A DNA stretch of 50,100 nucleotides, the filler included, from Yuukianura sp. NJ FZ-2021 (taxonomy: Eukaryota), in assembly GCA_046563655.1 (NCBI GenBank). It is 2 parts of 2 records of this genome, joined end to end, with 100 filler letters (N's around TTAATTAATTAA, not from the genome) between each part and the next. Parts side by side here need not be neighbours in the genome. Positions count along the whole stretch, not along the records: positions 1 to 25,000 come from JAJCTO010000019.1; 1 more part is not named here. One strand, given 5' to 3'. Shown one piece after another: positions 1 to 11,564 of this stretch (position 1 is the stretch's first letter; the number at the start of each line of letters is the position of its first letter). The notes under the pieces are model-generated. The model did no database searches. It worked only from the letters and a program-made list of their open reading frames with translations, and was not told where the DNA came from. Position numbers and translations under genes: made by a program.

Positions 1-504
1 GCTACGCCTGAGACGAAGTCACCGTCCGAGGACTCAGGTACGGCGTCTTAAGTCGTTTCTGAAACGTAACAAAAACGATTTCTACTGTTGCATGACCTTG
101 AGTTGTGTTCGATTGCCTGTTTTTTAGAAAATATTTGTGTGTTGATGGAGTTAATAATTAAATTGTGATTTCAGGTGTGTTGTATCGAGTGAGAGCTACT
201 TATCGCTATCAACGAGAGGACGTGGACGAACTGTCGTTCGAGGCAGGAGAAGTTATCAGAGTCGTCGAGTATGACGACCCGGAGGAACAAGTACGCAATA
301 TTGATATTCAACTTCTATTTTTACGTTTCTGAATACGATGATAGAGATATCCTCAAAGTCCTTGTCCATTTTTAATAATTTCTGTATGAAAACTGTCCTG
401 ATTTGTATCGATTTTGTATTTTTTAGGAGGAGGGATGGTTAATGGGAATCAAGGAGAATGGAGAGAAGGGCATGTTCCCTGCCAATTTCACGCGACCAAT
501 TTGA
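1..504 (+). CDS. Amph: Amphiphysin/BIN1, 3' end (C-terminal SH3); exons 1-37, 175-290, 427-504; gene begins before the window
   Basis: GT-AG splicing gives ...[65 protein letters not shown], the amphiphysin-type SH3 with the DPEEQ-EGWLMG insert. AATAAA at 1043 and 1282. Confidence 0.92.
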
Positions 505-1630
505 GAGATCGAATTCCGTCCGCCATAATTTAAGGTTCTTATTCTGGGGAAGAACTTGCAAGTTACTTCTGAGGCAGCTTCAGCTATTTGACCCATACCG
601 CAGCAGCAGCATGTAACCAACCAAAGTATTTCTGGGTCAACTTCAGGTCCTTGCAGTTACTAAAACAGTTTACTTATAAGGTCCCCCTCTCCACACTAAT
701 TGAACATTTCGAAAGTAGAGTTACGAAGCCGACTGTGCCTTAAAACTTATTTGTAATTTTAATGAAAAAGTATGTCCAAATGGTTAGTGCCAAAAGGTTT
801 TAACATAATAGGTTAGTGTAGCAATCCCTTCTCAGGAACTTATATTCCCAGCTCAAAATGGTGGCCCACTTGTCCAAGGTCAGTTGTAACTACATAATCT
901 GCAAACTACAGATCTGATAAGTACTCAAATTGTCTAACCCCACGAGATTGCTGATTGTAATAACAGAAATTGTCGTTTGAGATTTTAGTTGTGTAAGATG
1001 GAGGCAGAATGTTGCGAAACTGGAAATTGGAATCCGGATCGGAATAAACCATTGGAGCATTTAACGAAATTCAAACGTAACTGATTCGATGTCTCAGTCG
1101 AACGGTTGTTGCCATCGTCATATGATGTTGACATCATACTTAATAATTACCATCAGTATCTGAATCCTAACCTACGTTGCTGAGCTTAAGTGTCGGAAAA
1201 GCTGGTATTCTTATCACTGTCGACACTTCGGGTTTCGGATTCAGAACAATTTTTAGTAGATTTAAAGTGTTTAACGTAAAGAATAAACTGGCGTACCTTT
1301 GAGTGCCCAACCAACGGGTCAAAGGTTAATACCCACTAGACCAGACTGCCTCAATCTATGCAAATCACAGTGTTTTGGGTGTAACTTGTAATGGTTTTAA
1401 TTCGTCGCACTTGAATGGGTATTGAGTGAATTGATGAGATAAGTGAATCGATTGCTAGTGATGGAACAAGATCGATAAGGTCTTATCCAAGCATTCCGTT
1501 AGTTTGTTCTATTCTGTTTCAGTATCAGCACCAACTCCGATTGCTTCATTTCCAAACTGAGGACAACTGACCTTGACAGTGACATTTGTGACTAACCTAG
1601 GTATTAGGTGTTTGCTTTTCTCGTGTGACT

Positions 1631-1640
1631 GGAAATTCCC
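1631..1640 (-). promoter_or_regulatory. Candidate NF-kB/Rel site upstream of the Toll-like receptor
   Basis: GGAAATTCCC = GGGAATTTCC on the minus strand, a consensus kB site. GATAAG/CTTATC motifs at about 1438-1487 and an Inr-like TCAGT at 1519. Confidence 0.45.
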
Positions 1641-1732
1641 GTAACTCAATTGTTAGTTACTATCTTAATCCAAAGTATAGGTTCGTGGGGAATTTTGTTT
1701 GGGAAATGAACCTCCCAACAAATTGGCCAAGG

Positions 1733-4700
1733 ATGAAGTGGACTCAGATTTTGTTTCTCCTTGGGCTGGGAGTCGGTACTTGGCATGGGGTCACTGGGGA
1801 CCTTCTGCCTTCCCCAGAAACCAAACCACCCCCAACGGAAGGAGTACCGCACATTCCCATTGACCTGGCCAGGTCACACTTCTTTACCGAACTCATGTCC
1901 TGGTACGAACTGGGTGTCGCCGGTTGGATCAAGCGTGAAAACACTTTGTACGAAAGTATTCTCAAACGGGCTTTGGCAGACGATCCTGTGTTGATGTCCT
2001 ACTTCCTTGACCCGCTCAACAATCAGCCAATGTGTTATGATGGATCGCACCAACACAGGAACACCGACACTTTTGAACGAGAACAAGAAGAATCGGAGGA
2101 GCCGAGTGTTTCCGAACCGTCGGAATCGTACGAACCCGATTCGGCACTTCCGTTCTGTTCCAGTACCGGCAGCTTTACACGACGGATCAGGACAGACGTC
2201 AATTCGGAAGTACTGAATCTAAAGTCTGCATTACGGGATAATTTGTGCCATTTTGTGGAAAGTGATCCCTTCTTTGAACGATACTTGATTTGCAATTCCC
2301 AATCCATCACGACCATGCCGAATCTTCCGGTTGACACGATCTTGGACTTGTTTGAGTTGAGTGGAACACAAGTCCAGGTGATACCAGAGTATGCTTTCTG
2401 GAACGACAGTGTAAGGTCAATCAGAATCAACAACAATTTGGTGACCGTGGTTGACCCCAAGGCGTTCTCAGGTTGTTCCAGCACGACCTTGATTCAGATG
2501 ATGCACAATGACCTGAAGTGGGTGTGGTTCGACGGAGGATTCGAAGGTTTGGAGCAACTCGTTACACTGCAATTGGACTTTAACAAAATTACACTAGTTG
2601 GATACGACTCATTTTGCAAGGAGAAGGAGGTTTTGGACGACATTCCAATGCGACTTCCGAATTTACGAGTTCTGAGTCTGCGTCAAAATCCACTCAAACT
2701 GATTCCCAGGACGCTGTTTGCTCCCTTCAGAAACAGCAAGGTCAACTACCTCGTTCTGGACGGATGCGGTTTAGCCAGCATTCATCCAGGTAAGGATTAG
2801 CATTCACTTTGGTTATCATTCTTCCAAAATCCATTTTGCAGTTATCTGTTGAATCACTTCCAATGAAATCTAAAGTTTTGTTTAGCGTCACTGCAAATAT
2901 TAGAAAAAAAAACACTGATAATCTCAACTTTCTCCTCTTTTTTTCAAAAAATATATTTTTTGTTATTTTGCAGAAGCGCTTACGTTTCTTCCGAAGCTGA
3001 CAGAATTAGAACTCGGCGAAAATCCAGAACTTATGGGGAAACTTTTACCAGCATTTCGAGCATTGGCGAAGAAAACTGTCGTTCCGAAGTTAAAAGAACT
3101 CGGATTGTCCCAAAATGGACTCAGCGCTCCGGATCCAAGTATTTTCGTGTTTGCAGAAAGTTTAGAAACACTCAACTTGTACAAAAACAACCTCGTGTCA
3201 CTCGGAAAAGCTTCTTTTCCATCTCAAATGCCAAACCTCAAAAATTTAAATCTTGGCGCCTGTAATCTCGACAGGCTTGAGAGTGGCGTGTTCAATGGAA
3301 TGCCAAACCTTGAAGTTCTGATGCTAAATGGAAACCATTTTGTTCAAATTCCAGCACCAATTGGCTCGCTCAACCGACTTCTTACTCTGGACTTGGCAGA
3401 CAACGAAGTCGAAGATGAATTTGGACAAGCTCCGCTCAAAATTCCGAGAAACTTTTTCGCACATTTGGAGAAGCTGAACATCCTTGTACTGACGAATACG
3501 GAAATCCGTGGAAATGATCTGGATGCTGAACAATTAGCGGGACTTGTCAAGCTCCGCCTCCTTTTCCTCAATTCCTGTAAATTGAAACATATCCATGACT
3601 TTACGTTCACATCCACTCCGGCTCTCACAGTTTTAAATTTGAGCGGGAACGACGACATGGAATCGCCAAATTCAAATACGTTCTACGGACTAGCAGGACT
3701 TGAAACTCTTTATATGAATTTTACTGGATTCAAAATCAGTGATAATCCGGCCTTCCCTATGCCAACCCCCAATGTTAACGTTGACGCTACGAAAGCAATT
3801 GACTTTGTGACTACCGGAGGAGTGTTTTTAGAACAAATTACAGCGCAACTCCAGGAAGGCCTCGGACTTAGCCTTCGGCCATTTAAGTACCTCAATCGAT
3901 TGTCTTCACTGTACATGTTTAAAAACGACATGGGGTACCTCGACTCACGAACTTTTGACGATCTCCCGCTTCTGAGAACACTAGTTCTCAGCAGTAACGG
4001 AATTGGAATATGGCGAAAACCCGTTTTTACAAACAACAAGCAACTGAAGAATATTTTCCTAGATGGGAACTGGTTCCACAGTGTAACGGAAGATATGTTG
4101 TCAGATTTCAGTCAGAAGCCAGAGTGGCCCGCCCTGGGGCCAAAGGTCATTGACCTCAGCGGAAACCAGTTTCAGTGTGACCTGGGTGTTTGTCAGATGA
4201 AGCAAGGGCATGAGCAAGGTCGCTACGAATTGTACCAATGGGACATACCGAATGCTTACCAGTGCCTTATGGACGATGAAAGTCTGAAACAGAACAAAAT
4301 CAACATTCCTGAACTTTCTGCAGAATACTGTCAAAGTTTGTTACCTACAACTGATCCACCAACCACCGCTCCGGAACCAACCGAGAGGACGACAACAGAA
4401 AACAGGGTTGATGATTCGACAAAACCGGTACCGAACGGTTCGGAAGACGATTTCTTCTACTGGAACGATACAACAATGAGAATCGTCATTTCTATCGGTA
4501 CAGTGTGTTTTCTTATGGTCATTATTGGATCTTTGTATGTTGCAAAGTCACGACTTCCGAACCTTTTATTCAACATGACAATGAAGCGACATGCCAATGG
4601 ACGAAACAGTTCCGAAAATAGCGCCAAATATGACTACGACGTTTTCATTTCCTACAGTCAACAGGATTCCGACTTCATTCAGGAACTCGTTCCGGAATTA

Positions 4701-5180
4701 GAGGGAACCGGAAAATTAATGGGTGACGGGCGACACGAGTTGGCTTTCGACATGGACGCAGCCAGTACATGCTCTTCAACTGCCAGTCTGGGCCTAGGAA
4801 GCGCCGTAAACGAAACTCTGCGGGTCTGTCTCCATCTACGTGACTTCCAAGTAGGAGCACCCATTTCTGAAAATATTGTCGAATGTGTTGACAAGTCTAG
4901 GAAAGTATTGATTGTAATTTCCAAAAGTTACTTGGAGTCACAGTGGTGTCTATTTGAAATGAACCTGGCTTACCATCGACTCGTAGAAGGTCGAAGGTCA
5001 TCCATTGTTCTGATTTTACTGGAGAGTATCCCGTGCAGAAAGAGAACTAAAGTGCTGAGCCACCTCATGAAGTCCAGAACGTACCTGGAGTGGCCAGCCA
5101 ACGCTACGGGAGCACTGGAAAAACGGGTCTTCTGGAAAAGACTTAAAGTGGCGCTGAAAACCGATGCGGAGGAAGACTGA
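1733..5180 (+). CDS. Toll-like receptor (single cysteine cluster, Toll-9/vertebrate type), about 1087 aa; exons 1733-2789 and 2974-5180
   Basis: Signal peptide MKWTQILFLLGLGVG, many LxxLxLxxN LRRs, one juxtamembrane LRRCT (NQFQCDLGVC...C...C), TM IVISIGTVCFLMVIIGSLYVA and TIR (YDVFISYS, LHLRDFQVG, SQWCLFE, YLEWP, FWKRL). Intron 2790-2973 joins the two ORFs in frame. Alternative ATG at 1706. Confidence 0.93.
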
Positions 5181-5507
5181 TTCGCGCCTTTTCTTTTTTT
5201 AAATCTGCGTCTTCCATATAACAATTCTGCAGTTTTTTCGAAACCATTGTTTGCATAAATGTTTTAATATATTTGCACTCTCTATTTGATATGATTAATC
5301 GTATTATAGTTTATGAGTTAATTTAATTTAAGTTACATTTAATGATAAATTAAATACCATTTTAGGCATCCGAACTTTTCTTTCGTATTCGCAGAATCCT
5401 TTTTATATTTCAAATTCAACCAACATTTTTATTTAATTCAATAATAGTTTAGTTTGGTTTTTATAATGTGATTAAACGTTACATTTTTAGGTTAAGATTG
5501 TGGAAAT

Positions 5508-7276
5508 TCACGCAATTTGTGGTTGTGATCGTGGAGACTCCAGCGTTGCTGGAGGCGTTGGTTGCAGAACATAAGTATGCAGGTTGTCGTCACATTTTAC
5601 TGGAGTCGAAAAGAGATCAGGATTTTCGTCAGAAACGTTCAGTTCCTCCACATGGGAAGTCGTATAAGGCAAAACAGGATCTTCGACAACTTCGATTAAT
5701 TCCACTTGGTCTTCATCAGTTTCATATAAATTCAACTGCGCCGGCGCCTTGCGCAGCGGAAACAAACCATCCGAGTCGATGTCAGCCGAGGCACGCCCTG
5801 ATTTTGGAAGGAACGTCGGAGTTTCGTCACCATCTTGGTCCTCATCTTCCACTTCAAATTTGGTGGCCTCCCAAACGTTTTCTATTACCTCATCATCTTC
5901 TAGTTCTTCCACCCAAGAAGGTTCCAGTGCCATTGAAACACAGGTTCTGCGTTTCCCCAAATCATTTTCAATTACAGTGTCAAGGCTCGACACAGAATCG
6001 GTTTCTTCCTTGGTTTCAGTGTCGCCGTCTTCACGACACATTGCTTCAATTACACTTCCGACATCTTCGTCATCTTCTACTTCTGCAGTAGACGGTTTAT
6101 CGAACGTCCAAGGAGCAAAAACGGCTTGTGCTTCTGCAGTTCTCTTCAAAGCTGAGTAAATCTCGTCCATTTTTTCATGCAAAATTTCGAACGAATCATC
6201 TTTCAATTGGAAATCAGTCACTTTGTCATCCTTTTCAGCGTCAGTTACGAACTCGCCGTCACCGCTGCTTCTGGTGTCAACTTCTATGTCTATCACTGCC
6301 GGTTTCAAGTCACCTTCAAATGTCGCCATTTGTGGTACCGTCTGCGGAATGTCATCGGTAGCGTCGTTATCGTCATCAGGTTCACTGAGGCCTCGCATGT
6401 TAAGAACCGAGGCTGATCGCTGCAGCTTTTTGAATTTCGTTGTCATGACACTTCGAGCAAATTCAATTTCCTGGATGTCGCTCACGATACGCTCGTTCAA
6501 TTGATTTTCGTCATGGATTAGCTGGTTCGTGAACCACGTGACAGTGTTTTGAATTTCCGACATCTTCGTTCCAATTCCTGTTGTCATAGCCATGATTCTG
6601 GTCTTCTGCTTGGCAGCGATTTCGGTTAAGTCAAGTGCCTGTTGAACAATTTTGGGTTAGAACCAATGGCATGCTTCCCAATTTTAACTAAATTTCCAAT
6701 ATGTACTTGGATGAGGTAGGAAGTGTCCATGGACTTGCGTAGATCCGCTTTGGATCCAACGACCAGGATTGGTTTTCGCATGAGAAACTTGTGCGTCAGA
6801 ATGGAGTGGAGGATCAACGGCGATAGAGAAGGGGAGGAGCTTAGGTCAACGACAATCAGTGTGGCGTGAGATGTTGCGTAGAGGTCATCGAATTCATCAT
6901 CCATCAAATCCGCATCGCCACTGATTTCAACGTACTTGATCTGCGTGGTACGACGATAACCCAGTTTCCTGCGATGACTAAACGGCTGAATCCGCCCACA
7001 GAGTTCCGGTTGTGACAATTCGGCATCGAATGACTCGAACTCTTTTGACTTTGAGTCTGGAATGCAGAGATTGAGGCATAACGTGGTTTTTCCAGCTCCC
7101 TTTGACCCGAGCACGATGACTTGCAATTTTATTGGTTCCGCCTCAACAATGCCTCCGCAGCACCATGGATTTCTCAGGATGAATTCAGTGGAATAGTGCA
7201 GTCGCAATACTGTTCGACGAGCTGCGTCACTGATGCGGTGACGCAGACGCCTCATGTCCAACATGGTGACCTTCAT
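5508..7276 (-). CDS. Divergent ARL13-like (Arf-like) GTPase with long acidic tail, about 566 aa; exons 7276-6707 and 6638-5508
   Basis: A 68-nt GT-AG intron (6706-6639, CTAAC branch point) fuses the two ORFs in frame (YLIQ|ALDLTEI). CC motif before the P-loop GSKGAGKTT, KPILVVGSKADL (G4), and the post-G-domain helix WFTNQLIHDENQLNERI that recalls ARL13B WLLHVIARDFDALNERI. Confidence 0.72.
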
Positions 7277-7551
7277 GCTCCAATTGGATTGTTCTGCAAA
7301 TTAGGTATAACAGATGAAGATTAGAACTGTTCGATTTTTCTTTGAATTCTTGAATTTGGAACTTACCGATAGTTTGTCCTGATCTGACTGACTGAATTGA
7401 AATTTCAGATCACTGAATGCGAATAGAAATATCCAGAGAAGGCGAATTAAAATGTTTAACCTTCGGAGAGATCTGCAAGGAAAAGTTTTCCAGCAGATCG
7501 TTTTTGCGACGACGACGACGACGTCTTGCGCATATGGTTTATCACTTGAAA

Positions 7552-7593
7552 GTAAACAAATTCCTGTGTTACAATTGTCGTTGTCATAGCAAC
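7552..7593. promoter_or_regulatory. RFX X-box (7580-7593) with adjacent forkhead site (7552-7558) upstream of the ARL13-like gene
   Basis: GTTGTC AT AGCAAC fits the X-box consensus GTHNYY-AT-RRNAAC. GTAAACA lies about 20 bp away. Confidence 0.65.
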
Positions 7594-7696
7594 ATACTAC
7601 CACCTCCAACAAAAAAGCATCATATAAAAATGCGGGTGTTTGATTGAAAAACTGAATTTATTCAATACTTCCCCAGAAGACTCAGACTTATCGATA

Positions 7697-7923
7697 CAGG
7701 ACTCCACCAGTTTTAGAAACTCGCTCTGATTGGCTCACTCCTCTATTCTCCTCCCACCGTTACCGTAAAACTTCAGTTGGTGTGCAAGAAAGTTGTTTTG
7801 AGATTGAGATTGGACATACAGAGCAGAGGTGTTTACTTTTTTCCCTCCACTCATCGGAATTTCGGGGTAGAAGTGGAAGGAGAAAGAGTGGGAAGGTCAG
7901 TTTCTATAACTGGTGGAGTCCTG
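7697..7923. mobile_element. Tc1/mariner-type MITE, about 227 bp
   Basis: TIRs CAGGACTCCACCAGTTTTAGAAACT / AGTTTCTATAACTGGTGGAGTCCTG (1 mismatch), flanked by TA at 7695-7696 and 7924-7925. No ORF. Confidence 0.8.
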
Positions 7924-8670
7924 TATCAGTAAGAATTTGCAAAAAAAAATCTTTTTTTTAATTTTGTATGATTTTTATTACCCATCAACCTACATTTTAA
8001 CAGAAGGAAATTGGCAAATTGTTTCACAAATTTTTCTACGCTTCATTTTGGGCATTTTAGTATTTAAGCCAAAGTAGAAAATGAACACAAAGGACGAGAA
8101 GGCGCATTAGAAAGAGCGTTTGCTTTCGCGTGTCACGAGAGTCACGGCGACCCAGTAATAATTGAATGTTGGTTGAGTTCTTTTGACTTTAAACATCGTC
8201 GAAATCCAGGTCATCCCAGACTTCTGCGCGGTGGTAATGACGCTTTGATGGACGTGGATGGCCACACGGGACTAAAAATTCAAAATGTGGCTTGAATTGT
8301 CTAAGATTAACTGACGAGGGAACATTCGCAACCGGTCGTCAAGTTTTTGAATTTAAAAAATACAATCGTATGCGAAAAGAAAATTTCCTGCAGTAGTTTC
8401 GGTTACCAACGACGGAAAAAAAGTACCCTGACCTGGACTCGAGCTCGTGGCCCCACTCCAGAAAAAAGAAAAAAAAATGTTCATGTAGAATTATTCAACG
8501 GAAAACGTTCAGGTTGAATGATGTAACATCCTAAACACATTTTCTGTTTTAGAATTCGAAATAAAAAAAATTCTCTTTACTCTGACTTATATTTTTTAAA
8601 TTCAAAAACTTGACGACCGGTTGGGAGTGTTCCCTCGTGAGTGAAATTAATAAATTATTGCATTGTGATA

Positions 8671-9675
8671 TTAACCGTTTCCTTTGTGTGGCGACGGTGA
8701 CGGAGTTCGTTGCTGGAGTTCGTAGTACGGCGTTTGGTTCTCCGTGGCCTCGAAGTCACACTGCTCGTTGCGTAACTCCGCCTTCAGTTTCTGGATAGCG
8801 AGGATCCCGACTAGACGGAGGATGATTTCCGTGGCGTAGACAAAGATTCGTAACAATTCGTCGCCTGGCCTCCCTCCAATGAGGATCCACGACATCTGGA
8901 GCAGAGTGACGAGAATCAGAAACGTAGCAGTATAGGACCAGATTCTGCAGTTCCGAATGCAGATTCTGGACTCCTTCTGGAAAATAGACGCTTATTCAAA
9001 AATCAGATTTAGATGCTACTATAGTTCCTGTTAACAAAATTTCTGTACCTGCTTTGTTCCCCCGTACAGCGCACTGGCCACTAGCAACTGCAGAATGCAC
9101 AATGCAAATAAACCAACCCAAATCAAAACTGCCAGGATTTCACCTAATAAGTATAAAATACATTCGAGATTCAATTAAATCAACTAAAATATTCCCAAAT
9201 TCCGTAAACAAAAATTTGCTCATATCCTGAGCCATTCTTTAATTTTGGCACAGTTACGTGATTTATAAGTTGAATTATCCATGTCAAGTGTCAAAACTGC
9301 GTGTGTCGTTGCAGTTGGACTTGGATCGACTGTCTCTGAAGTAACATTGTGCGTACTAGCCTTGGTATAATTGTATTGAATTTGGAAGGAACGCTTTCTG
9401 TCATGTCTACGTTTGGTTATGAGGGTGAGTAAATGCAAAGCAATGAGGACCATGGCATACAACTGGAAGTGAAAGAAATTAAATTAGTTTTTAAAATAAT
9501 TTCTAAGTAAATTTGACTCCAGCCTCAAGAATCCTGAACTTACAATGTCGAGTGCTGCGATAATTTTTACGATTCCTCTAGCCCCGAGTGAAAACTTGCT
9601 TTTCCCATATGTCGTTCCCTGGAAGGGCTCAGAGTCCGCACCAATCCGTTCTGAAATGTTACTCGGAGTCACCAT
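8671..9675 (-). CDS. Uncharacterised membrane protein with about 4 TM helices, about 245 aa; exons 9675-9544, 9462-9258, 9143-9049, 8976-8671
   Basis: All four exons join in frame through GT-AG introns. Hydrophobic segments IIAALDILYAMVLIALHLLTLI, ILAVLIWVGLFALCILQLLVASALYGG, WSYTATFLILVTLLQMSWILI, IFVYATEIILRLVGILAI. Loop with NYT/NVT/NST sequons. Start codon uncertain. Confidence 0.72.
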
Positions 9676-10903
9676 ACTCACACCAACTCAAAAAGTATTA
9701 AATATCGTGCAATAATAAATCTTAAATAACTTCTAATTGTGCATTAAAGCTCCGCGAAACCGAAGTCGTTCCAATTCGCAACCAGTCGTCCTAATTGCGA
9801 ATCACTTCCGTTTTCACTCCAATACTTCTACTGTCCCCTCAGATGCTTTCTTCCCCAGCTCCATGCCGTTGCAGCTTTTCCTATGCACTTTAGCACACTG
9901 GATAAATGTACAACAAAAGCAGGCCAACATGACGCTAGATGTTTTCTTGTTTTCTAAAATTTTTAAAATTTTTCTAAAATAAAATATTTTCAAATTGTTT
10001 TTTTTAATAAATTGAGGCAACAGATGTATGGTATTACAGCTCAGTTTGAACATACTTTTAACTTTCATAATTACCGAAAAGTGAATTATTTTGAAAATCA
10101 CGTCATATAAATATATATAACAAAATATGCATCAATATAAATAATAAAAATAATCAACAATAAAAAACATTAGTTTAGCGTGAAGTAATATTCTAGTTAT
10201 AGTGTTATTATAATATTATTATAATAATTATAATTGCAATATTATAATTATAATAAGTATGATTATTGTTAACATTTAATTCCAGCTGCAGCATGACGAT
10301 AAGGTTCGAATTAAAGATTTTAGGTTTCATGCATTAGTTTGCAATTCAGCATTTGAAGATTGTTTTGAAAAAAAACACACTTTTTATTTCGTTGCTGGTT
10401 TAGTTGTGGTTTTGTGCCACTGTGCGTTATGCTGCAGTGAAGCTGGTGAAAGTTGGCGTCAGACTGGCTGGCGCCAAGATAACGTCAATAAGCACCACTT
10501 TCTCTTGTCTCCACCCTCGGATGCTGGCTGCTCTTCCAGAAACTGGATTCTGGTGATTTACATTACATTCCAACATCTTTTCATGCTTGTATCCCATTCC
10601 TTTTACTAAATTAAAAAGAAAAGCATAAGGTCATTTGACAAGCAGGCCTTGGAATGACCTTTGACCGTGAAGTGAGTTGGGAATTTACTCATTATGCTCC
10701 TAATTACCTATGCTTTGGCACCTACATGCAACAGTAGGTTTGAGCAGTATTCTCATGCAAAGGTACTCACAAATGTCACACCAAGGGTCACTTCCATTGT
10801 CTTTGTCACTTGAATCTTTACTACAAAAGTACTCGCAAAACGAAGTTAAAGTTTACATTAGTATAACTTATTTCAAGTTTCTTCAGGCTTTGGTTCAGGC
10901 GAC

Positions 10904-11241
10904 ATGCTCCTTGTGCTTCCCCTATTATTTATCGGTAATTTTTTCATAAAAATTAAATTTTCATTAAATTTTGCTTTCATTTCATTTTATTTTTTTCACA
11001 TTTTGAAAAAGGCATTGCTTGTGGAATAGAAATGCCGACTGAGGGTGGCTTCGCTCCGATTATGCCAGGCATGGAAAGTATTGCTTACAATTTGAAATTG
11101 GTGCGCCACATCATTCCGGTTCAAAATCGACGTCCTGACGACGAATCCATCTACTACTACGATTTTGATTTTGAAGAGATCAATGATTACGACTATGACT
11201 ACGAAGAACCATCAGGAGTATTTGAAAAATCACGCATTTGA
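10904..11241 (+). CDS. Small secreted protein or propeptide, 86 aa; exons 10904-10934 and 11012-11241
   Basis: An AT-rich phase-1 intron (10935-11011) joins MLLVLPLLFI to GIACGIEMPTEGG..., creating a signal peptide. RR dibasic site followed by PDDESIYYYDFDFEEINDYDYDYEEPSGVFEKSRI. Confidence 0.62.
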
Positions 11242-11434
11242 ATCCGATAAGTATAAACACATAAGCATTAAGTATAATACATAAATTTAATATAGTAAAT
11301 AAATATTAACTTATTAATTAGTTTATTGCAAGATTACAACATCTCTGCGGTTAAGCAAATTTCTTTCCGAAAGAGATCAAATGGCAGCCTAAAACAAAAA
11401 ATCGGGATTATGGATTAATTTTCTGATTCAGCCG

Positions 11435-11451
11435 TTGACCTTCAAGGTCAA
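11435..11451. promoter_or_regulatory. Palindromic nuclear-receptor element upstream of malate synthase
   Basis: TTGACCTT-C-AAGGTCAA is a perfect inverted repeat containing TCAAGGTCA (ERR/FTZ-F1 consensus), about 115 bp before the ATG. Confidence 0.45.
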
Positions 11452-11564
11452 ATTGACGAAATCTTTCCACTTCTGCTACGGCGTCACTATGGATGTCGAT
11501 AAATAGACTTTGGAATTAGTGACTCAATTCCAGTTCAGTTTGATAGGAAATTTAAGCAATTCAA

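Noticed and set aside
5468..6504. Plus-strand ORFs of 77-207 aa
   Set aside because: Antisense shadows of the acidic ARL13-like exon, with no motifs.
8416..8460. tRNA or SINE (B-box-like GCTCGAGTCC followed by a T run on the minus strand)
   Set aside because: No A box and no cloverleaf can be formed.
10100..10275. AT-rich (TAA/TTA) tract as a functional element
   Set aside because: Simple low-complexity intergenic sequence.
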